From assembly GCA_051294375.1 (NCBI GenBank), contig CM119263.1:22656833-22720832 (forward strand): a stretch of 64,000 nt of DNA, read 5' to 3'. The DNA is from Paraspadella gotoi (taxonomy: Eukaryota > Animalia > Chaetognatha). Of this stretch, positions 14,101 through 27,972 are shown piece by piece. A program made the position numbers and the translations under genes. Position 1 is the stretch's first letter; every line of letters starts with the position of its first letter. Under the pieces are notes generated by a model. That model was not told the origin of the DNA. It searched no databases and worked only from the letters and a program-made list of their open reading frames with translations.

Positions 14101-16644
14101 AACCGACTTTTTCTCTAATCACAACAGATTTTAACGACTCCTACTTTCTATTGTTATTCCTTACGACTCCGATAACGTGAAGGAGAGAGGAAGAAAAGGG
14201 AGAAGGAAAGAAAGTAAGAGTGAAAGAAAGAAAAAGAGAAAGATGGTTTGGAAACTAAGGTACTACATATTTTCGTAAAAAAAGAAAACAGAGGAATTTG
14301 GATGAAAGTTTTGTGTTTCGTTCCGGAAAATGAGCTTTTGATACTATCCGAATACCAGGCCCCAATTGTTGGCTCAATGTTGAATTTAATTGTAATTTTT
14401 TTCCCCGCGTCATCCGATCGAGTTTAGCCCGAGTTACGTTTACAACCAAGTTTCGCTCTCGCTACAGTCGAATTCCGCCGCTCGCTATTTCCTCTCTCGC
14501 CTTCGAAATCCCTCTCACGTACTTTTCAACTTCTTCCGCGACCGACGAACCCGCGAGTTCGCGAGTGAAATATCCCTTGGCCTCCGAGTCTCGGCGCGAG
14601 CGCGCGAGTCTCCGCGGCCCCCAAGTCGATTTACCTTAATTATCCTCGGAGTTCATTAAATTTCGCCGGAGAATCGTGACGGTCGCCCATTCGTTATCGA
14701 CTTCCTACTTTCGTGAACCCGAGGCGTTGGTGAGCTCGTCAAGGGATCGTTAAATCCGGGGGGGGGGATATATCTTTCTTCGACGTTACTGTATTTACTA
14801 TATTACATTGTTAATAATTATTTTATTATCATCTTTTCCCCGTTTGATTCCATCGGTCCGCCCACTCAGACATTCAGAAAAATAAATGTGATCACGTCTT
14901 TTGTTTTTCCTCTCGCAATTAATTCTTAATCCGGGTCTTGAGAAAGTAAGTGAACGTTGTCGGCTTGACGCCATTTGGCACGAAAAAAAAAAAAAGAAGG
15001 GGAAAAAAACTAAACTTTTCAGTGTCTGTATCTTTGCCCGATTTAGCTATGGTATTATTCTGGCAGAAAATACCCATCACAACTCGAGGGGAAAAAGACT
15101 GTATTGTTGGGCTTGAAACCCATATATTTCAATCTTTTTTAATGTTTTTTATCTCCACATAACTTTAATCTATCAAACTATCCCCTCTCTTTTCTACCCT
15201 TCCCCCTTTCCCTCCATCCGCATCCAACGCCTCTGTTGCCATAGTTTCAGGACTCATTATTCCCGGAGAAATGTTTTATGCTGCTTTTTCTATTCAGTAG
15301 CTCAGATTATACGATCCTCTTCTTTTCCCTAGTCGGAAAGTTTCATATATTTTTTAACTCTCGGTTGCTGGGGCGACCGAATAACAGGTTTTTGGTCGGT
15401 CCGTCTCCTAACTGAATATGATGATCACATTATATATCAGTCAAACTGTTGGTATAAAAACTAATAATTTAAGCAATATCTTTTAAATAAATAAAATACT
15501 AAATAAAATGAGATAGAGAAACCAGAAACTCTAGGAGATAACAAAATAAACTGTATAAACAACCAATATAAAAATTATCTAATCTTTTAATAAATAAGAT
15601 ATCTTGCCCCTGACTTTGGACAGGCTTGGGTGTGAGACTCATGATTAAAACTTGAAGGGTCCTGTGATGTCATTATTTTGTAAGAGTGATGGAGGCCTTA
15701 ACTCCCGATTCCAAGTCTTAAGTCACGGGCAAGATAGCTGATTTATTGTTTATACTAATTCTAATATAAATATATAAATATACTAATATTTAAAATTACC
15801 TATTTTACTATGCCGCGCATATATGGTTGTACTATCCATACGTGATTAGATCACGTCGTGTCTCTTGTTATCAAAGAATTTTTATTTATTTTTATTTTTT
15901 TCTTGATGGAACCCGGTCCGTTGATCATTAGCCGGGATTCTCTCACGGAACAAAACTGACCCATTAGTCATTTTATTCCGACGGGGATTACGGGATTTTC
16001 ATATCGTTGGGAAAAAAAAAAGAGAGATAGTGCCTCTGCCTCTCTCTCTTCTACTACCTCTTAATCTCCCTCTCCGTCACGCAAAGGCGCAGAATGACCG
16101 CGCGCGATATCGGATTGTTTTCAATAATTTCGCCATATTAATTTTATTACCCTTTTCCCCCTCCCTGCGCCATAAACAACTTCAGTCGCGATTGTATAAT
16201 ATATCATTCAAGTCGAAACGTTAAAACGCTACGAGTTTTATGAAAAATCGTAAAATTACTAGTTTTACTACATTAAAAAAATATAAAAAGTTAAATAAAT
16301 TTTACTTAAATAACTAATTTATTTATTAGTTTGATTTAGAATAATTATAATTTGATTTGAAATATAAATTCGTGAAAAAAATATCGAATTTAGGAATCTA
16401 GTCATAAAAAAGTTGTTTTTTTTTCTGGCTAGGTCGTTTCGCTCTAATCTATTTTATCTGTCCTCCTTTTTTATCTCGTTTTTCCCCCAAAATAAAAAAA
16501 GAATTTTTTTTTCTCTTTGTCGTCAATTCCATCATTTTCTCCTCCTCCGTGACTTTCACAATCCCAACTTCACAATCCCCTTTTTCACTCTTCTCGTTCT
16601 CTCAAGCTTTTCCTCTGTTTCTTTTCAATTGCCAATCTGTTTCC

Positions 16645-16712
16645 CTTCTCTTCTCTTCTCTTCTCTTCTCTTCTCTTCTCTTCTCTTCTCTTCTCTTCTC
16701 TTCTCTTCTCTT
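16645..16712. repeat. (TCTTC)n pentanucleotide microsatellite
   Basis: Seen directly. Confidence 0.9.
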
Positions 16713-16928
16713 CTATTCTATTATTTTCATTTCACTTTTCTGGTTTTGATTTTTCGTCTTTCCTCTTCTCTCTTTCCGTCTTCTCAACTTCTCTCCCGCC
16801 TTCACCTTCTTCCTTATTCCTTCGCCTCGTCCCTCTTTACATCGTCCCAATTGCAATGCGAGTTTTTTCTTTCCTCTAAAACATCATCGACCATGAAGGG
16901 GATTCATTCACAATGATTGGCACCATTA

Positions 16929-17001
<73 letters not shown>

Positions 17002-17290
17002 CAAGAGAGAAATACGTGTGAAAGAATGAGACAAAAAGAAAGACCGACATCCGTGGCCGGATAGAAAGTCTGACGTGTATTCCGAGTGACATCCGGGGAG
17101 AAAATCCAAGGATTCGCAAAAAATGTCTAAGTACGTTGGGGTGAAGGTTCAGGGATCTGTGCCGGAAATGAAGTCGAAGGGAAAGGGAAGAAGTTTGGAG
17201 CGGTCTGGGATGTCCGGAAGTGTTGCGAGAGTCTTTGGAGCGGTTTTAATTCAAGATAAAAAGAAATTCGAATTTATTAGATTCACGTAC

Positions 17291-18034
17291 GACACAATGA
17301 AAAATAACGTGGCGTTACTGTTCCGTGCATAAAAAAAATTCACTGTTCAATATTATTATATTTCTTTTTATTTTTAAAACATTATAGTTTCATACGTCGA
17401 TATCCAAAATATCAATGCAAAATCTTTTTTGTTTTTTAGATATGACCAAATATAGGGTGAAAGATGATAATTTTTTAAAAAAAGTAGTTCTTATCATATT
17501 TATTCCTAGAATTGTAATAGAAAAAAATTAAAAAAATAATAGTACCAATAGTTAGTGTTATGTTTCAAATAGATGGAAAAAAAACCTCATTTAAAAATTC
17601 GATCGGGAAGTGGGGTAACTAAGGCTTACCAATGGCATCCTCCACGCCGATTGTTCTCTCAAATAATTTTTTTTATTTAATACATTTGAAGGGGAAAAAA
17701 GAAAATTCAGAATGCACGGTTGTATAAAGGTACACGATAATCTGGACCTACTGACATGATAACCATGACCTTTATATCTTGTAAAATGGGGGCAGTAAAG
17801 ATATTTAAAAAATTAGATCATTAAGTCAGTCAATGAACCTTTCTAATGGGCTATTACGAGAAATATTTTTTATTAATTAAAATGGATGATAAATAATAGA
17901 ATTAAATTCCTTGCTATATTTAAAAGAAAATTATCAATACATTTAACACAATGATGTCTTGCTTTGTCAAATATATTGCCAGTTATATAATTTTTTAAAG
18001 CTTTATTATGATAAACAAGATCTCTCTCTTTTTG
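17291..18034. mobile_element. Allele-specific AT-rich insertion starting (GA)CACAATG, truncated by an N gap
   Basis: About 17005-17290 is repeated at 18061-18350. The second copy, and arm B, continue CACGTAC-TGCGAAAAAG, whereas this copy continues GACACAATGAAAAATAACG into sequence absent from arm B. Confidence 0.55.
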
Positions 18035-18567
18035 NNNNNNNNNNNNNNNNNNNNNNNNNCAGAGAGAGAAATACGGTGAAAGAATGAGACAAAAAGAAAG
18101 ACCGACATCCGTGGCCGGATAGAAAGTCTGACGTGTATTCCGAGTGACATCCGGGGAGAAAATCCAAGGGATTCGCAAAAAATGTCTAAGTACGTTGGGG
18201 TGAAGGTTCAGGGATCTGTGCCGGAAATGAAGTTCGAAGGGAAAGGGAAGAAGTTTGGAGCGGTCTGGGATGTCCGGAAGTGTTGCGAGAGTCTTTGGAG
18301 CGGTTTTAATTCAAGATAAAAAGAAATTCGAATTTATTAGATTCACGTACTGCGAAAAAGATATTTGAAGCGACTTAGAAGAGGTTTTTAAAACGCTTCT
18401 CATCGCGATGTCAGAAGCGGAAACGACATTTGCAGCGTGAAAGCGACACACAAGGATTCATAAAGATGCTAATACGTCTGCGGGGACCTTGGACTCTGCT
18501 GCGACGGTTTTGACATGTGACGTTTTTGACCGCCTCATGAAGGTAGCGAGAGCAACTATATCGACGA

Positions 18568-18679
<112 letters not shown>

Positions 18680-20669
18680 GCTTTGTTTTTATTAGTTTCC
18701 TACACGCGGTATATCTGTTTTTCTCGTTTCGCCTTGTTTATGTTTATTATCGTGTTGTTTATTCTCGCTCGCCCTCTCTCCCTCTCTCCCTCTCTCGTTC
18801 TCACTCTCTCTCTCTCTCGGTCTCCAGCTCCGCGCGAAGGTTTTTTGACCCTCTAACGCCGAGTTGTTCGCGTCGTAAAAACGTCAGAGATGGTTTTTTC
18901 CCCTTTTAAAGTATCGTCGTCGTCGTCATCCTTATCGTCGTCCTCGTCGTCGTCGTCGACGTCAACTCTGCCAAAGTTTTCCTCTGTGAGGTGAGGTCGC
19001 ATTAATGGATCGGAAAAGTTGCTTGCGTTACTTACTTTTTTTTTCCGGTTGTATTATATCCTAAAAATATTATCCACCGTAAAAAAAAAATTCTTAACAT
19101 TATGCAAACAGGTTCCAACTCCTTTAATATACAGGGATGGAACCTTATAAGTAAGCAGGTAATATTTGGGTAAGTTACTGTTATGGTTTAATTTTTATTA
19201 AAACTTACTTTTATCAAGAAATTTATTAATGATATTGTCAGATAATTAAATTTATCATACAAGATTTCTTAATGCATAATGAAAGCGTCAAAAAGGTAAT
19301 AAATACACAAAGTATTTGACAATTTAATCATAAAATTAAATTTTGATTTTACTTTCCTGCAAATTAAATAAGTTTAATTTGGATAGTGATGAAACGCTTA
19401 AAATCAGGTTTATTGTCATGTTCAGAAACGACCACTGAAAAATATTAACAAATATGCCTTTTATCGTAAGCAATACAATGCGCGCACATAAAAACGACTA
19501 AATGTTTTAAAAACATCCACGACGCATTGTAGTTAATTAAATTTTTTTTTCATTGTATATAAAAGTAAAAAGCCCCAAAAAAACCTTTTCCACTCATTTT
19601 ATTATTGTGTTTCAACTCGTTCAGACAGGGCAGGACGTTAAGTTTTGTCTCGATATAGGTTCCCACCCCTGTAGACTGAAGCGATTTTTCTGGTTAATTG
19701 CTTATAAACGTACCGGCTTCCCTTTGTCAATTACACTTTAAATTAGACTTCTTGTGAACAAACTTTATTTCAAAGCCAGAATCTGATCCGTGTCGTCGTT
19801 ATCGTCTCGACTTCCGGTTTCATCTTCTCTTCTTGATGAATGGAAGAAGATCGAGACTTCGATGAGTTCCGTAATCCTTTTTCCTCGCGGGTTCGCCCCT
19901 CGGGGTCACCCCCTCCCCCCCCCCGAACTTCTCCCAAAGTCTGTCTCCCATTGAGGTCGCCCTTTGGTTTTACTCCCGGAGGTCTCTCGGTCTACCCTAT
20001 GTTTTTTCTTTATCGTCGGGTCTTTGCCCTCGCTGACCAGTGACCACTGCTGCCTCGAGCAACATATACTATGACTTTTGCACACTTCCACAAANNNNNN
20101 NNNNNNNNNNNNNNNNNNNNNNNNNNNNNNNNNNNNNNNNNNNNNNNNNNNNNNNNNNNNNNNNNNNNNNNNNNNNNNNNNNNNNNNNNNNNNNNNNNNN
20201 NNNNNNNNNNNNNNNNNNNNNNNNNNNNNNNNNNNNNNNNNNNNNNNNNNNNNNNNNNNNNNNNNNNNNNNNNNNNNNNNNNNNNNNNNNNNNNNNNNNN
20301 NNNNNNNNNNNNNNNNNNNNNNNNNNNNNNNNNNNNNNNNNNNNNNNNNNNNNNNNNNNNNNNNNNNNNNNNNNNNNNNNNNNNNNNNNNNNNNNNNNNN
20401 NNNNNNNNNNNNNNNNNNNNNNNNNNNNNNNNNNNNNNNNNNNNNNNNNNNNNNNNNNNNNNNNNNNNNNNNNNNNNNNNNNNNNNNNNNNNNNNNNNNN
20501 NNNNNNNNNNNNNNNNNNNNNNNNNNNNNNNNNNNNNNNNNNNNNNNATGGGGATGGGGAAACAATATCGTCACGGTTGCGTCAACTTTGAAGTCAATGA
20601 CGGACACAATGACGATGGGGACTCTCTCTCTNNNNNNNNNNNNNNNNNNNNNNNNNTTAGAATACTTAT

Positions 20670-20723
<54 letters not shown>

Positions 20724-20888
20724 CTCTCTCCTCTCTCTCTACTGTCTTCTCTCTCTCTTCTCGCTTCGACCCAATCACATCTGGCGCTTTGGTCGATTGT
20801 TTACGTCGTCCTTGGAAGACGCGTTCTAATCCAGAGAGACAGAGGGGCGGAATGACGCGAGAGAGAGTGAAGAAAACAAAGAAAGAAA

Positions 20889-20968
<80 letters not shown>

Positions 20969-21019
20969 GAGAGAGAACAGAGAGAGAGGACCAGAGAGAG
21001 AGAGGACAAGAGAGAGAGT

Positions 21020-21412
21020 CCCCATCGTCATTGTGTCCGTCATTGGACTTCAAAGTTGACGCAACCGCTGACGAATATTGTTTCCCCATCCCACAAACCA
21101 CAACTACCACCTTCCTCGCGCCCGTCGGGTCGATTTCAATATTTCCCGGCGGCGATCCCGCCCGAGACGAGGGCGTCGTCAACCGGTAACCGATCCGGCG
21201 TCAATAAAGGCGTCATAGTCGCCGGCGTCACCAGTCATCGCCGTCGTCGCCGTCGTCGTCGTCGTCGGAAGGCCGAATGTAAATTCCGCTCCGACGAACG
21301 ACCAGAGTTTCGAGTAGGGTCGGGAGGGGAGGGGAGGGGGGCGGGGGGAGGGCAGAACGAGGGTGGCAATAAGAGCGTCCTTGTACAATGGGTTCGATTT
21401 GTGGAAGTGTGC
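21020..21412 (+). CDS. Possible exon encoding the first half of an FGFR/FGFRL1-type Ig domain with low-complexity insertions
   Basis: One frame (ORF 20078..21424) reads ..SPSHKPQL..GVNKGVIVAGVTS(HR10K)AECKFRSDERP(Gly-rich)VLVQWVRFVEV. This resembles the FGFR-family Ig3 pattern (N-x-x-V-x3-G-x-T..CKV(Y/R)SDxxPxIQWLKxVE). Splice sites are unclear and the sequence is noisy. Confidence 0.35.
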
Positions 21413-22947
21413 AAAAAGTCATAGTATATGTTGCTCGAGGCAGCAGTGGTCACTGGTCACGAGGGCAAAAGCCGAACGATAAAGAAAAAACATAGGGTAG
21501 ACCGAGGACCTCCGGGAGTAAAAACCACAAAGGGCGACCTCGATGGGAGACAGACTTTGGGAGAAGTTCGGGGGGGGGGGGAGGGTGTGGACCCCGAGGG
21601 GCGAACCCGCCGAGGAAAAAGGATTAAGGACTCATCGAAGTCTCGATCTTCTTCCATTCATCAAGAAGAGAAGATGAAACCGGAAGTTCGAAAGACGATA
21701 ACGACGACACGGATCAGATTCTGGCTTTGAAATAAAGTTTGTTCACGAGAGTCTAATTTAAGAGTGTAATTGACAAGGGAAGCATTAACCAGAGAAATCG
21801 CTTCAGTCTAGACTCTACAGGTGTGGGAACATAAATGAGACAAAACTTAACGTCCTGCCTATCCTGAACGAATTTGATACACATAATAAAATGAGGGAAG
21901 GTATTTTTTTTGGGCCTTTTTAATTTTATATACAATGAAAAAAAACCACATTTTTTAATCAACTCACAATGCGTCGTGGGATGTTTTGCAAAAGCATTTC
22001 CGTTTTTTGTGCGCGCATTTGTATTGCTTAACGATAAAAGGCATATTTGTTAATATTTTTCAGTGGTGTTTCGACGTGACAATAAACCGTGATTTTTAGC
22101 GTTCCATTCACAATCATTAAACTTATTTATTTTTTTTTGGGCAGGTAAGTATTGGGTGGATTAACAAATGTTTTATGAGGAATGTAATCACAAATACTTG
22201 GTACTTATATCACCGCATATACGATGACTCTCAAGCATACAATTGCAGGTAGTAAAACCAAAATTTAATTTTATGCTTAAATTGTCATACTTTGTGTATT
22301 TATTCAATTTTTGAACGCTTAATTAAGCATTAAGAAATCTTATATGAATAAATTATAATTATCTGAGCAATATTATTATAATTCTTGATAAAGTAGTTTA
22401 AATAAAAATTAAACAATAATTAACTTATTACCGCCAATATTACCTGCTTACTTATAAGGTTCATCCCTGTATATTTAAGGGAGTTGGAAACCTGTTTTGC
22501 ATAATGTAGAAATTTTTTTTTTTTTACGGTGGATAATAATTTTTAGGATAAAATAAACCGGAAAAAAAGTGAAGTAACGCAAGCAACTTTTCCGTCCATG
22601 TATGCGACCTCACGGCTCACAGAGGGAAAAACTTTGGCAGAGTTTGACGTCAAACGTACGTGACGGACGAGGACCGACGATAAGGATGACGACGACGACG
22701 ATACTTTTAAAAGGGAAAAAAACACAATCTTCTTGACGTTTTAAGCGAGCGAACAACTCGGCGTTAGAGGGTCAAAAACTTCGCGCGAGCTGGAGACCCG
22801 AGGAAGAGAGAGAGAGAGAGTGGAAAACGAGAGATGGAGAGAGGGAAAGAGAGGGCGAAGCGAGAATAAACAACACGATAATAAACTAACAAGGCGAAAC
22901 GAGAAAAACAGATATACGCGTGTAGGAAACTAATAAAAACAAAGCGA

Positions 22948-22988
<41 letters not shown>

Positions 22989-23538
22989 AGAGATGAGAGA
23001 GAGAGAGATCGTCGATATAGTTGCTCTCGCTACCTCATGAGGCGGTCAAAACGGTCACATGTCAAAACCGTCGCAGCAGGTCCAAGGTCCCAGCAGAACG
23101 AAGTTAGCTATCTTTATGAATCCTTGTGTGTCGGCTTTCAACGCTGCACAATTCGTTCCGCTTCTCGACATCGCGATGAGAAGCGTTTTAAAACCTCTTC
23201 TAAGTCCGCTTCAAATATCTTTTCGGCAAGTACGTGAATCTAATAAATTCGAATTTCTTTTTATCTGAATTAAAAACCGGCTCCAAATAGCACTCTCGAC
23301 ACTTCCGGACATACCGCAGACCGCTCCAACAAACTCCTTCCTTTCCTTCGACTTCAATTTCCCGGCACACATCCCTGAACCTTCAACCCAACTGTACTTA
23401 GACATTTTTTTGCGAAATACACTTGGATTTTCTCCTCCGGATGTCACTCGGAATACACGTCAGACTTTCTAATCCGGCCACGGATGTCGGTCTTTCTTTT
23501 TGTCTCATTTCCTTTCACAAACCGTATTTCTCTCTCTG

Positions 23539-23591
<53 letters not shown>

Positions 23592-24471
23592 GCCAATCAT
23601 TGTGAAATGAATCCCCCATTCATGGTCGATGATGTTTTAGAGGAAAGAAAAAACTTCGAATTGCATTGGGACGTGTTGGAAAGAGGGACGAGGCGAAGGA
23701 ATAAGGAGGAAGGTGAAGAGCGGGAGACGGAAGACGGAAAGAAGAGAAGAAGGAAACACGAAAAAATCAAAACCAGAAAAGTGAAATGAAAATAATAGAA
23801 TAGAAAATAGAAGGAGAAGAGAAGAGAAGAGAAGAGAAGAAGAAGAGAAAGAGAAGAGAAAGAGAAAGAGAAGAGAAGGGAAAACAGATTGGCAATTGAA
23901 AAGAAACCAGAGGAAAGCTTGAGAAGAACGAGAAGAGTGAAAAAAGGGGATTGTGAAGTGGGATTGTGAAAGTCACGGGGAAGGAGAAATGATGGAAATT
24001 GACCGACAAAGAGAAAAAATTCTTTTTTTTATTTTTGGGGGAAAAACGAGATAAAAAAGGAGGACAGATAAATAGATTAGAGCGAAACGACCTTAAGCCA
24101 GAAAAAACAACTTTTTTATGATTCTAGATCCTAAATTCGATATTTTTTTCACGAATTGTATATTTCAATCAAATTATATTATTCTAAATCAAACTAATAA
24201 TTAGTTATTTAAGTAAATTATTTAACTTTTTTATATTTTTTTAATGTAGTAAAACTAGTAATTTTAAGATTTTTTTCATAAAACTCGTAAGCGTTTTAAC
24301 GTTTCGACTTGAAATGAATATATTATACAATCGCGACTGAAGTTGTTATGGCGCAGGGAGGGGGAAAGGGTAATAAAATTAATATGGCGAAATTATTGAA
24401 AACATCCGATATCGCGCGCGCGGATCATTCTGCGCATTTGCTGTGACGGAGGAGGGAGATTAAGAGGTAGT

Positions 24472-24546
<75 letters not shown>

Positions 24547-25786
24547 GCCAGAGGCAGCTATCTCTTTTTTTTTTTCCCAAGATAAATGAAAATCCGTAAT
24601 CCCGTCGAATAAAATGACTAATGGGTCACGTTTGTTCCGGTGAGAGAATCCGCGGCTAATGATCACCGGACGCGGGTTCCCATCAAGAAAAATAAAAATA
24701 ATAAAAATTTCTTTGATAACAAGAGACGCGATGAGATCTAATCACGTATGCATAGTACAAACGTATATGCGCGGATAGTAAAATAGGTATAAATATGTAT
24801 TTATAGAATTGTAATAACCAATAATCAGCTATCTTGCCGGTGACTTAAGTTAAGGGCCTCCATCACTCTTACAAGATAAATGACATAGCAAGACCCTTCA
24901 GTTTTAATCATGATCCACACCCAGCCTGTCCCAAATCAGGGCAAGATAGCTTATTTATTAAAAGATTGGATAATTTTTATATTGGTTGTTTATATACAGT
25001 TTATTTTGTTTCTCTACGTTTCTCTGGTTTTCCTCTATCTCATTTTATTTAGTGGTTTATTTATTTAAAAGATATTGCTTAAATTATTAGTTTTTATACC
25101 AACAGATTGACTGATTATAATGGTGATCATCATATTCAGTTTAGGAGAGCACCGACCAAAAACCTGTTATTCGATCGCGCCCAGCAACCGAGAGTTAAAA
25201 AATATATGAAACTTTCGACTAGGGAAAAGAAGAGGATTCGTATAATCTGAGCTACTGAAATAGAAAAGGCGCATAAAACATTTCTCCGGGATAATGGTCC
25301 TTGAACTATGGCACTAGAGGCGTTGGATGCGATGGAGGGAAAGGGGTGAAGGGTAGAAAAGAAGAGGGGATAGTTTGATAGATTAAAGTTATGTGGAGAT
25401 AAAAAACATTAAAAGATTGAAAATATATGGGTTCAAGCCACAATACAGTCTTTTTCCCCCTCGAAGTTGTGATGGGTATTTTCTTGCCAGAATATACCAT
25501 ACTAAATCGGGCAAAGATACAGACACTGAAAAGTTTAGTTTTTTCCACCTTCTTTTTTTTTTTTTTTCGTGGCATGGCCGTAAGGCCGACAACGTTTCAC
25601 TTACTTTCTCAAGACCCGGATTAGAATTAATTGCGAGAGGAAAAACAAAAGAGTGATCACTTTATTTTTCTGAATGTCTGAGTGGGGCAGGGACCGAATG
25701 GAATCAAACCGGAAAAAGATAATTAATAATTATTAACAAATGTAATATAGTAAATACGTAACGTCGAAGAAAGATATATCCCCCCC

Positions 25787-27972
25787 CACAATGTTATATT
25801 TTTGAAAAAGGGCCTCCAGGTTAACCGCCGCTCTTCCTTCCTCCGTCGCGCCTATGCTCGTACACAATGTTTATATTTTGAAAAAAGGGCGCTCCGAGTT
25901 AAACGCCCTGCTCCTTCTCCGTCCGCCATAATCTCGTTACACAATGTTATATTTTGAAAAAAGGGCCTCCAGGTTTAACGCCCTGCCTCCTTTCTCTCGT
26001 CGCCTATCTTCGTACACAATGTTATATTTTTGAAAAGGGCCCTCCAGGTTACGCCCTGCTCCCTTCCTGCCGTCCGCTCTCGTACACAATGTTATATTTT
26101 GAAAGGGCCTCCAGGTTAACGCCCTGTCCTTCCTCCGTCCGCCTATACTCGTACACAATGTTATTTTGAAAAAGGGCCTCCAGGTTAACGCCCTGCTTCT
26201 TCTCCGTCCGCCTATCTCGTACACAATGTTATATTTTGAAAAAGGGCCTCAGGTTAACGCCCTGATCCTTCTCCGTCCGCCATCTCGTACACAATGTTTA
26301 TTTGAAAAAGGGCCTCCAGGTTAACGCGCCTGCTCCTTTCCTCGTCCGCCTATCTCAGTACACAAATGTTATATTTTGAAAAAGGGCCTCCAGGTTATAC
26401 GCCTGCCTCCTCTCTTTCCTATCCGTCCGCCTATCTCGTCACAATGTTATAATTTTGAAAAAGGGCCTCCAGGTTAACAGCCCTGCTCTTCCTCATCCGT
26501 CCGCCTATCTTGCGTACACAATGTTATATTTTGAAAAGGGCCTCCAAGGTTAACAGCCCTGCTCCTTCTTCCGTCCGCCTATCTCGTACACAATGTTATA
26601 TTTGAAAAAGGGCCTCCTAGGTTAACGCCTGCTTCCTTCTCCACGTCCGCCTATCTCGTACACAAATGTTATATTTTTGAAAAAGGGCTCTCCAGGTTAA
26701 CGCCCTGCTCCTTCTCCGTCGCCTATCTCGTACACAATGTTATATTTGAAAAATGGGCTCCAGGGTTAACGCCTGCTCCTTCCTACCGTCGCCTATCTCT
26801 ACACAGTGTTATAAGTTTTTGAAAAAGGGCCTCCAGGTTTACCGGCCCTGCTCCTTCCTTCCGTCCGCCTATCTCGTACACAATTGTTATATTTTGAAAA
26901 AGGGCTCCAGGTTACGCCCTGCTCATTCCTCCGCCGCCTATCTGCGTAACATCATGTTATATTTTGAAAAAGGCCTCCAGGTTAACGCCCTGGCTCCTTC
27001 CTCCGTCCAGCCTATTCGTACACAGTTATATTTGAAAAAGGGCCTCCAGGTTAACGCCCTGCTCCTTTCCTCCGTCCGCTATCTCGTACACAATGTTATA
27101 TTTGAAAAAGGGCCTCCAGGTTAACGGCTCCTGCTCTTCCTTCCGTCGGCGCTATCTCGTACACAATGTTATATTTTGGAAAAAAGGGCCCTCGCCAGGT
27201 TAACGCCCTGCTCCTTCCTCCGTCCGCCTATCTCGTACACATGTTATATTTTGAAAAGGGCCTCTTCCAGGTTTAACGCCCTGCTTCCTTCCTTCCGTCG
27301 CCTATTCTCCGTAGCACAATGTTATATTTTGAAAAAGGGCCTCCAGGTTAACAGCCCTGCTCCTTCCTACCTCCGTGCCGCCTATCTCGTACACAATGTT
27401 ATTTTGAAAAAGGGCCTCGGTTAACGCCTGCTTTCCTTTCCTCCGTCCGCCTATCTCGTACAACAATGTTATATTTTGAAAGGGCCTCAGTTAAACGCGC
27501 CATGCTCCTTCCTTCTCCGTCCGCCTATCTCGTACACAATGGTTGATATTTTGAAAAAAGGGCCTCCAAGGTTAACTGCCTGCTCCTTGCCTACCGTCCG
27601 CTATCTCGTACACAATGTTTATAGTTTTGAAAAAGGGCCTCCAGGTTAACGCCCTGCTCCTTCCTACCGTCCGCCTATCTCGTACAGCAATGTTATATTT
27701 TGAAAAAGGGGCCTCCAGGTTACGCCCTGCTCCTTCCTTCGTCCGCCTATTCTCGTACACATTGTTATATTTTGAAAAAGGGCCTCGCAGGTTAACGCCC
27801 TGCCTCCTTCCTCCGTCCGCCTAATCTCGTACACAATGTTATATTTTGGAAAAAGGGCCTCCATGGGGGTTTAACGCCTGCTCCTTCCTCGTCCGCCTAT
27901 CTCGTACACAATGTTATATTTTGAAAAAGGCCTCCAGGTTAACGGCCCTGCTCTTCCTCCGTCCGCCTATCT
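25787..27972 (+). repeat. Tandem array of about 30 x 71-bp units, each a copy of the transposon left end
   Basis: Consensus CACAATGTTATATTTTGAAAAAGGGCCTCCAGGTTAACGCCCTGCTCCTTCCTCCGTCCGCCTATCTCGTA. I counted 30 heptamer starts from 25787 to 27907. Differences between units look like random read errors. Confidence 0.95.

Noticed and set aside
18395-18480. HRDVRSGN ... DTQGFIK kinase-like words
   Set aside because: They are in different frames with wrong spacing, there is no DFG, and no other kinase subdomains are nearby.
19665-19690. CCCTGTAGA similarity to miR-10
   Set aside because: Only 9 nt match and there is no flanking hairpin.
22135-22242. About 110-bp extra sequence in arm B
   Set aside because: It begins with a garbled copy of the adjacent GCAGG-AAGTA sequence and looks like a low-quality read segment rather than an element.
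25787-27972. 71-bp periodic array as a CRISPR array
   Set aside because: The whole unit repeats with no unique spacers, the variation is random indel noise, there are no cas genes, and the context is eukaryotic.
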